64,000 nt of DNA from Blastocladiella emersonii ATCC 22665. Taxonomy: Eukaryota > Fungi > Blastocladiomycota. The DNA is taken from NCBI GenBank assembly GCA_025594325.1, contig JANHCV010000006.1:186001-250000 (forward strand), written 5' to 3'. Below are positions 1-8,000 of the stretch, piece after piece (positions within the stretch are counted from its first letter, which is position 1; every line of letters starts with the position of its first letter). The notes under the pieces are model-generated. The model saw only the letters and a program-made list of their open reading frames with translations, was not told the origin of the DNA and ran no database searches. The position numbers were made by a program, and so were the translations under genes.

Positions 1-687
1 GAGAGCAGCCTGGCGGTCGCGGAGGGCGACGTGAAGCCGGGTCTCCAAGTCGAGCTTTTCGGACGTAAGCGTGTCGCGCGAAGCATTGTTGGACTCGTTG
101 CGAGCCATGAGCGCGTCCCGCTCGTCGTCGCGTTTCCGCTTCAGCTCGCGCCGCTGCTGCCGCTCGCTGGCGACCTCGGCGGAAAGCTGGCTGATGTCGA
201 GACGCATCTTGCGGCGCTCCTGGGTGTGCGTGCCCCAAAGCTTCCGAAGCCCACCATTTTCGACAGCATCGACGTGAGGTTGGGCCGGAGGAGCTGGCGA
301 ACGTTGATGATGGTGAGCATGGCCGGGACGATGAAAATGCATCTGCGGCTGCGGCTGCGGCTGCGGGTACAGAAGCTGTTGCTGCTGGAGCTGCTGGTTA
401 CGGAGAGCTGGAGCGGAAGCGGAAGTAGAAGCAGATCTGCTTCTAGAAGAAGCAGGAACAAAGTCGGAAACAAAAGTCGTGGACTGGCGGAGAGGCGAAT
501 GCGTGTTCGGTGCGTGGGTAGAAGGGAGAAGCGGAGGCCGTTGAGCTTCAACTCGGTACAAGCCGGTTGGAAGGTCGTCCGCGTCAAACTTGGCAGACAA
601 GTGCTGCTGGGGCGCAGGCCGCGGCAACTGCGGCCGGCGCGCCGTTGCATCCGATCGCGGCTGGTGTTGACCGCCGGGTAGATTCAT
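1..687 (-). CDS. 5' part of a coiled-coil protein gene, duplicate of 34205..36478; runs off the left edge of the window
   Basis: 1-951 is near-identical to 35792-36742 (constant offset 35791; the ORF track repeats, e.g. 31..681 = 35822..36472). The ATG at 36478 maps to 687. Confidence 0.75.
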   Translation of the reverse strand, partial: MNLPGGQHQPRSDATARRPQLPRPAPQQHLSAKFDADDLPTGLYRVEAQRPPLLPSTHAPNTHSPLRQSTTFVSDFVPASSRSRSASTSASAPALRNQQLQQQQLLYPQPQPQPQMHFHRPGHAHHHQRSPAPPAQPHVDAVENGGLRKLWGTHTQERRKMRLDISQLSAEVASERQQRRELKRKRDDERDALMARNESNNASRDTLTSEKLDLETRLHVALRDRQAAL

Positions 688-946
688 TCGCTACGTTGCT
701 GGATGTCCTGGTGGAGAGAGAGAGAATGCGAGCGCCTGGTTTGTTGGGCCTTGTTGTCCCTGTGGCGACAAGGAGGTGTCGCCACACCACGCACTTCTGC
801 AACTGAGGCCCGATCAGCCGCCGTGGGCGTCAACGCCACAGCGTTTCAGCGCAGCGCGGGTGTAAATTGGACGCGTGATGGTCCGCGTGATGGCCAGCGT
901 GATCCCTGCGTCAGTCACGTCAAGAAGCGTCGCCCCGCCTCTCTCA

Positions 947-951
947 CTAAC
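947..951. other. Empty (pre-insertion) target site CTAAC of the endogenous virus
   Basis: Copy A reads ...CTCTCA-CTAAC-AACATTCACC... Copy B reads CTCTCA-CTAAC-[element]-CTAAC-AACATTCACC. Confidence 0.95.
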
Positions 952-1069
952 AACATTCACCGCTTGAACGAACGCACAGGAGTTTGAGCGTCGGATAAAT
1001 TTTGGTGGGAGCGAACAAAAAGGTGTATAATGGACAAAGGACAAAAAGAGCGAATTGCGACAGCAGCTA

Positions 1070-3223
1070 TCAACGCGGTGCGGGCATACCAGGATGCTCG
1101 GCGTGAAACTGGGCGATGCGCTCTTCGAGCCCAGGATTGCCATCCTTGAGCTCGTCAAACGACTTCCACGCCCTGTTCTTGTTTCCCTGGCGCAGGACCT
1201 GGTACTCGATTGTATTGCGCGACCCGTTGGAGTTGTATCTCCAGCGCGACTGGAAGATTATGTCGATAACGTAGTGGGTTGGGTTGGGCCGAACTCGCTT
1301 ACGGCGAGTAGGAAAAGGCGCATCATTGGGCGCCTGCGACCGCTCAAAGCCCGTGCGTCTGATTCGGGCCAGGAACGACTCCCTTTCAGGGTCCGAGTCT
1401 GAGTCTGATTCAGATTCAGACTTCGACTCTGGGCGCGGGCGCTTCGCCGCAGAAGTAGATGATGAGGCGGATGCATCGACGCGAGCAGGGGCTGCCCTGG
1501 GCAAGCAGAGCTGGAGAGAATCAAGCTGGCCCTGCAAGTCGGCACGCGCAACGCGCTCCTGGTCAAGTTCCGTCGCCTGGCGAGCAAGTTGGGCCGTAAG
1601 CTGATCGTGCGCCGCAGTGAGGCGAGCCGTGTCCTCCTCCTTGCTCTTCGGCCGCGTCTCTATGTCGCGAAGCTCCAAGTCAAGGCGAGCGCGTTGGGCG
1701 GCGAGGTCCTCGCGCGCTTGGTCGCGGTCGCGCCTGCACTCGGCAGCTTCGAGTCCAAGGGTATCGCGCTCGTCCGTGAGACGCAAAGCGGTCGCAGAAA
1801 GCTTGTCTCGCTCAGCGACGGCGCTAGCAAGCTCGGCAGTAAGCGCAAGAGCCTTGGCCTTGGCGTTAGCGAGCTGCTCCGCCGTCTTGTGGTGGTCCGC
1901 CAGCAAACGTGAATGCGTCGACTCGGACTCGGTTACACGAGTATCGGCAGCCTCGAGCCGTCGTGTAAGGTCGGAGCAGCTGGCGCGCGAAGCATCAAGC
2001 TGTGCGGTGAGATCCACGCAGCACTTGTCTAGCTCCAGTGAGCGGCGCGAGCAGAGCTGCTGCAACTCGTCAAGTTGCGCCTCGAGATTGGCGATTCGTT
2101 GCGTGGCGGATGAGAGTTCCTGGACGCTAGCATCGCGTTCCGCGCGCATAGTCTTGAGATCGGAAAGCAGCGCCTTGAGCTGTTCAGCGACAGATGAGAG
2201 CTCCTGGTCCGCGGAATCGCGCTCCTTGCGCACCGTTTCGAGGATGGTAAGTTGCAATTGGTGCTGTTGCTTGACCGATGCGAGCTCCTTGACAGCGGCA
2301 TCGCGCTCCGTGCGCACCGTTTTGAGGTCGGTAAGTTGCAATTGGTGCTGTTGCTTGACCAATGCGAGCTCCCGGACAGCGGCATCGCGCTCCGTGCGCA
2401 CCGTTTCGAGGTCGGAAAGTTGCGACTCGAGCTGAGAGCGGCATGCGACGGCCTCGTCGCGCTCGCGGGTGAGAGCAGCTGACTCGGTTGCGGTGGTTCG
2501 GGCGACCAACGCCAAGGCCTCGTCCCGCTTGGCGACAAGCCATGCCTCGCGGGCCTTGCCCTCATCAAGCAGGCCGTTAGAACGACTAAGGAGGTCGGCC
2601 ATTTCGTCGCGGTCTGCGCGAATACGCGCAATCCGCCGTTGAGTGCGCTCGTGGTCGAGCTGGAGCTCCAAAGCGCGCAATTCGGCGAGCTCGTTGGCGA
2701 GCTGAAGCTTGGCGTTGGCCTCGTCGCGCTGGCAGCGGTAATCTTGGCCCTCCACGATGGCATCGCACTTGGCGCGCTCCGCGGCCGCGAGGCGCGCCTT
2801 GCACTCGTCGCGCTGAGCGGTGCACGACTCGAGAAGCGCCGTCAACCTGGTCACCTCGTAGGCGTGGTCCGCCTTGAGCGAGTTGTGGTCGGCTTGGAGC
2901 GACTTGAATGCGCGCTGGAAGCCGTCCCGATCAGCACGTAGGGTTTCGGCGTCGGCAAGCAAGTCGAGACTCGTCTTGTTACGAACGGATGCGGTTGAGG
3001 GCGCCCCAAGCACGGCTGAGAGCGGATGCCGTTGCTGTTGCTGGCGTTGCTGAGCGTGGGCAGAGGAGGGGGGCATCGGCGAGAGAGCATGCGGCGGTGC
3101 AAACTCGGTGGCGGCGCCTTGCGCGGGTCTCGGTTGGGCCTGCGCCGCGAGCTGGCGACCAAGATGGGCGGAACCCTGACCGGTCGGGGGCGCCGGTGGC
3201 TGCTGCATCGGCGGGTCGTTCAA
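1070..3223 (-). CDS. 717-aa coiled-coil protein with C-terminal chromodomain-like region (copy A)
   Basis: Long ORF with heptad-like A/L/E/R-rich core and 28-aa internal repeats (LETVRTERDAAVRELALVKQQHQLQLTD). The C-terminus YVIDIIFQSRW..IEYQVLRQG..AWKSFDEL..IAQFHAEHP resembles the chromodomain pattern. The ORF is intact in both copies. Confidence 0.7.
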   Translation of the reverse strand: MNDPPMQQPPAPPTGQGSAHLGRQLAAQAQPRPAQGAATEFAPPHALSPMPPSSAHAQQRQQQQRHPLSAVLGAPSTASVRNKTSLDLLADAETLRADRDGFQRAFKSLQADHNSLKADHAYEVTRLTALLESCTAQRDECKARLAAAERAKCDAIVEGQDYRCQRDEANAKLQLANELAELRALELQLDHERTQRRIARIRADRDEMADLLSRSNGLLDEGKAREAWLVAKRDEALALVARTTATESAALTRERDEAVACRSQLESQLSDLETVRTERDAAVRELALVKQQHQLQLTDLKTVRTERDAAVKELASVKQQHQLQLTILETVRKERDSADQELSSVAEQLKALLSDLKTMRAERDASVQELSSATQRIANLEAQLDELQQLCSRRSLELDKCCVDLTAQLDASRASCSDLTRRLEAADTRVTESESTHSRLLADHHKTAEQLANAKAKALALTAELASAVAERDKLSATALRLTDERDTLGLEAAECRRDRDQAREDLAAQRARLDLELRDIETRPKSKEEDTARLTAAHDQLTAQLARQATELDQERVARADLQGQLDSLQLCLPRAAPARVDASASSSTSAAKRPRPESKSESESDSDSDPERESFLARIRRTGFERSQAPNDAPFPTRRKRVRPNPTHYVIDIIFQSRWRYNSNGSRNTIEYQVLRQGNKNRAWKSFDELKDGNPGLEERIAQFHAEHPGMPAPR

Positions 3224-4108
3224 AGGTAAATGCTGCTAGTCGGCGGGGTTCAAGTTTATTCGCTTCGTGGTCTTGCAAGCAGGGACGAGAGTGAGGAGTG
3301 TGGGCGAGCAGATTTGGCGTCGACCCAAGGTGTCGCCACACGGCATGCACGAACAGGCCGCCGATCAGCCGCCGCCGCCACACTGCGCCACACGGCCTCG
3401 CGTCACGTTTTGTCTCGCCTCGGGCGCGAGTCGCGTTGGCGCGTTGAAGCGTTGAGGACACATGTGTAGCCTGCGTTTCCTGTGAGTAAGCTCTGCCGTT
3501 AGTTCGATGAGTAATGCAACGAGGAGCGAACACTTCTCCCAAGGGCCTCACCGGAAGCGCGAACAAAACAAGGTGCGACCAGCCCCCGCGCAAACGCCCG
3601 CGTTGGTTGTCGCTGCTGCCATATCCCGCTGGGCCCCGCGAGGAAATTTACTTCATGACGATAGACTTGGACTAAACATGTGAAGAGGTTGGATCCCAGC
3701 GCAGACACTTTGCCGAAATCAGTCTGCATCGACATCACCAAACCGCGCCGGACCCGCCAAATCGATCCAGAGTCGATCGACTTGTTCTCGTTCGAGATGG
3801 GAGAGAAAATCAATCCACGCGTCGAATGAGTATCGATCAGCGTGAGCTCAAGTCATTCGACCTGTTGATCGACTTGCTTGTCATCCGACCCATGGACATG
3901 GTTGATCGATCAAGTAAAAAATTTCGAAGGTTGCGTTGAACGATTGTGGATCGACTTATACCCCGCGCCGATTGATCAAATGCCAATCTACCTCAACAAA
4001 ATGTCCAACGAGTGGTCAAGCGACGCGAGACATGCCCCAAATGAGCTCTCCAGTGCGCCGATTGAGATCCAGCTGATTAGCAGCTCGAAATCAACTGATG
4101 AGAACGAA

Positions 4109-4567
4109 TCATCCGTTAAGTAGCGCGTAGAGTTTGCATTGTATCGTCATGGTCAGGCTCGTGTACTTGCAGCGCGTCATGTTTGCGCCGTCGAGATCGC
4201 GACGGTCCACAAGGTCAAGCGAGTTGGCGATCTGCGGCATCATGAGCAGCGTGAGGCTCGCAGCGTCGTCGTACACTTTGATGAGGTACTCGGTGTACCC
4301 GCGCTGATGCGCCGAAGATGGCCGGTTCCCGTTCGGCGCGACGTGAAGGAAGGCCGAGATGGCCGACAACGGCACGATGTGGAACTCGCACGTGGCGGGC
4401 TGCGTGGGACGGAGAGCAACCGTCTGTCCGGCGTTAAGGCCCGGCGGAACGACGTGCGGCACCGACTGGTAGAGGTGGAACCGCTCGACGAGCGTGATCT
4501 CAAGTTCAACGTCGTCCAACTTCAGGTCAGAGGGCCAGGTGCGCGGATACCGCTTGGCGACGCGCAT
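4109..4567 (-). CDS. Hypothetical protein (probably a 3' exon) of the TIR element; paralog at 12108..12560
   Basis: The frame is preserved in both diverged copies (LYQSVPHV.PGLNAGQTVAL.PTQPATCEFHIVPLSAISAFLHVAPNGNRPSSAHQRGY). No family was recognised. Confidence 0.45.
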   Translation of the reverse strand: MRVAKRYPRTWPSDLKLDDVELEITLVERFHLYQSVPHVVPPGLNAGQTVALRPTQPATCEFHIVPLSAISAFLHVAPNGNRPSSAHQRGYTEYLIKVYDDAASLTLLMMPQIANSLDLVDRRDLDGANMTRCKYTSLTMTIQCKLYALLNG

Positions 4568-5743
4568 CCGAGGCCATCAGCAAGCTCGAAGTCTTAACTG
4601 AGACTCATAAAGCTTCAAGATGCGAGAGCTCTCACGACCGCCGTTACGACTCTTCACGCGAGGGGAGCGCTGCGGCGCGGCTTGCTCGCCGACCAGGTCC
4701 GTCTCGGTCCACTTCCAAAGCTCACGGCACGGCCACACGCTTGCAGCGAGTGATTCATGGATCATTCATAGAGTGCGACGTCGCGGTACCGTCGCCGGGA
4801 GAAGAGAGCGCGGCCCTGCAGCGAAGCGCGAGCCGCAAAACGCGTCGAAGCCAACGTCACGTGAGCGCGTCGATCGTTTCAGCCGCGTTCGCTTTTCGCG
4901 GACTTCGCGCCGCGGCGGCTCGCGCTCTCTCGCCCCACCACCAACAACCATGCTATCGACCCACCCAACACCCGCGACCTCGCGCAACCGCCTGCACCGT
5001 CACCCCTCGGCCTCCATGTATCTCACGTCGACGCGCATCCGCCCAGCGCCGCCACGCGTCCGCGGCACGGTGACCCCACGGTACGCGTCTCTCCCCTTCT
5101 CCGAGGTCTCTCCCTCCTCGCGACGTGCATCCACAGCCATGCCTCGAGACCCGCGATACGCCCTGCACGCGTCGGCGGGTCTTGCGCCTGCTGCGCTTGA
5201 TGCTCGCGCCGCGTTCCCACGCCCTCCGCGCCGGCTGTCCGTTCGCTCGCTGACGCGTCACACGGTCACCTTGCTCTCTTTCGTAGCCTTCGAGATGTAC
5301 ATCAAGCTGCAGCGGCGCTCGTGGGGGCCGTCGTGACGCACCCGCGTCGATCTTGACCATGGTCGCGACAAGGTGCGCCGTGTGCGGCTCGGTCTCCTGC
5401 TCCCACGGGCCGAGACTCACATGTTCGCGAAATCCATCGGTAGGACGCCAAGTACGCCAAGCGGCACGACAAGCGCCGCGCCTTCGCCCGCCAGGCCAAC
5501 TCGTGCGTGACGCGCTCAAGGCTACACGGTACGGGCCTTCTCCTTCGCGTTCTCGGCGTAATTCGCGCTGATCGTGGGCACGGACAGGCTCCGAGCTCCC
5601 GAGCGACATCGCTCGTGTCGTCGGCCCAGATCCTGGCGACGCGGCCCGTCCGTTCGCCCCATGTGTATACTTCGCCCGATCCCTTGCTCACTTGTCTCCG
5701 CCACGTCGCCCATAGCCTCGGTCAACGACAACAAACCTCAGCT

Positions 5744-7039
5744 ATGATCAAGAACACGCTGCGAGGTCTCGCTGCTCGGGTCGTCGCTGGCCTCAAGCAC
5801 GCGCCTGGCTGCACGTGCGAGTCCGAGTTCGAGGTACGCGACTCGGTCAACACGCGCCCATGGACCGAAGCTGACACGGCCGATTTGAGTAGTTCATCCA
5901 GTACGTCAAGCTGCAGCGGCAAGGGTCGCCTCGTCGTCCGCCCTTGTGGCGCGCGCGAGGTCGTGCGGCGTCGATCTCATACACCCGCATCAAGGACTGG
6001 AACCTCAAGTACAAGCTCGGCATCAAGGATATCGAGGCGTTTGACAAGGAGGTACGCGGACGCGGTGTGGGTCGCCGCGGTGGCAGGTGCTGATGCCGCT
6101 TCCGTGCAGCTCACCAAGGCCCTGCAGACGATCCGCAAGCCGTTCAAGGAGAAGGCGGAGTGGGTCGACCTCGTGCAGGCGGCCGCCGACAACTCGTGCA
6201 TCATATCACCAACAAGGTCGGCGAAAAGAAGTCGCTTACCAAGCAGTGGCTGGTCGGCGAGGCGCCCGAGGAGCTCCACCGCGCCACGCTGGCCATGGTC
6301 GACGAGTACGACGACGCCGAGCTCGACATGGATTTCGCCGACACCGACCTCGATGCGGCGATGTCGGTCCGCGCGTGCCGTGGTGCTCACCCGCTGTACG
6401 TGTCCTTCCTCGACCGGCTCCTCTTTGGGCAGGCGAACGACATGGCCAACGCTTGAGGCTCGAACCAGTCGTCGCACGGTACGGCTTTGCTCACCAAGTC
6501 GCACTCGATCCCGTCGCTCACGTTCCGCACTGTAGCCAAGCTCATGGCCGGCTACGCGATTGTCAACGACCTCAAGCTGCTCGACATCAACAAGCCCTTC
6601 CCGATCGACGGGTCAAGTCCGGTGTGGCGCGTCATGGCCGCGGTCGCTGTCCTTGTACGTTTTGCTCTTGCAATCTGCCGGGTTCCTCCGTTCGCCTTCG
6701 CCCTCTCTGACTTCACCGCGATGCACGCTCGCCGCTTTCTAGTGTGCATGGCGCATCACTGGGAGCGCGTACCAACAAGGCATCATCGTCGGCCTGACCA
6801 AGGAGGACGCCAAGGTGACGCTCGCCGACTACTACGACGCCTTCCCCGTCTCGAGCACGGGTTCGGTTTCCGTCGTCAAGCGCATCTACCTGGCCTCGCA
6901 GCTCCGCGCGCTGTTCAAGCGTGGGATCCTCAACATTAGCCTCGCCGAGATCGCCCAGCAGAACACGGGCGTCGAGACGACCAAGACCCAGGCGGCTATG
7001 ACCGTCGACATTGCGAACGACATCTGCCCCGACGAGTAG
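5744..7039 (+). pseudogene. Spliced hypothetical gene or pseudogene inside the TIR element
   Basis: Host-like codon usage in exon-like blocks separated by GTACGC...AG introns (MIKNTLRGLAARVVAGLKHAPGCTCESEFE / FIQYVKLQRQG / LTKALQTIRKPFKEKAEW / ITNKVGEKKSLTKQWLVGE / TLADYYDAFPVS). Frames do not join cleanly, and there is a TGA at 6454-6456. Confidence 0.4.
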
Positions 7040-7931
7040 CTGCGCCATACCACATCTCGGGTGGCGGGGTGTGCAGCGGGCGGTGCGAGCGCATCAAGGG
7101 CTGGTTCCCTTCCTTCATCTCGACCTCTCTGCGCACTCCATGGTCATCGTTGTGGGGCGTACGCGTGTGTATATATTGAACCGTTCGACCCTTGATTCGC
7201 TCGTGGATCTTGAGTGCGCTTACGTGGATTGCGACGTGGATCAGCGCCTCGACTCGGGCTATAACCAAATGGATCCACGTCAAGGTCGAGTTGATCGTCA
7301 AACTGATCGACGCAAGGATCCATGTTTATCGTGGCCTAGTTCCGTGCCTGGATTGCGATATTACTTTCCTGGATCCAGCTCGCGATCCACCTTGACCAAA
7401 AGCTGGATCCATCTGAGAGGTCCGCACGGTTTGCGGGTGGATCCAGCTCGCCCAAGCTTGATCCACGCTTGATCCAGAAAAGTAATATCGGGATCCACAT
7501 TCCCCCGAGGTCCATCATGTCCACGGCTGGATCCAGGGTGGATCCACTTCAAATGGCTGGGGCACGGTTTGGTGATGCGTGGAGAGAAATTGTAGTCGTC
7601 AAAACCTTGAAATAACAACAACAAACGCCGGCGAAAGAAATGAAGCGTTGAAAACAATAATACGGGTGAACTTGATTAGCGGGTACCAACTCGCGGGTTG
7701 TCTGGTGGTACTCTCGCATCAGTGTGCACAAGGGACATCGAATTGCTTACTACTTGGCTCATGGACATCGAATTGCTTACTACTTGGCTCATGGTCCCGC
7801 CGTGGCCACGGCGGGGTTTCGAACGAAGCATCTTTGACTACCCATGCGCGCACCCGGGACAAGTACCAACCAGATCCCACTCCACACCTGCTAACCAAGC
7901 CACGTCTCCAGGAAGAGAAACTTCACCCTTA

Positions 7932-8000
7932 TACCCTCGTACCCTCGTACCCTCATACCCTCGTACCCTCGTACCCTCGTACCCTCGTACCCTCATACCC
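7932..8000. repeat. (TACCCTCG)n 8-bp tandem repeat
   Basis: Directly visible, about 8-9 units with TACCCTCA variants. It decays into AACCCTC-like units up to ~8041. Confidence 0.9.

Larger units (their letters stand above)
1..3732. repeat. Segmental duplication, copy A (no virus). Copy B = 35792..36742 + 53478..56258, split by the viral insertion
   Basis: Identical ORF sets at offsets 35791 and 52526, with only scattered substitutions (717-aa ORF: RALEL/RASEL, CRRD/CRLD, QLCL/QLRL). Identity stops after AGTCTGCATCGA (3732/56258). Confidence 0.95.
3733..7577. mobile_element. Putative DNA transposon-like element with short TIRs (CATCACCAAACCGYGCC) and GATC-rich subterminal arrays; family unassigned
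   Basis: Left end CATCACCAAACCGCGCC (3733). Right end GGCACGGTTTGGTGATG (7561-7577) is its reverse complement with 1 mismatch. I count 9 GATC in ~3760-4075 and 15 in ~7205-7545. No TSD was found. Confidence 0.6.

Noticed and set aside
1070-3223. Chromovirus LTR retrotransposon
   Set aside because: No RT (YxDD), RNase H, integrase core or LTRs were seen near either copy.
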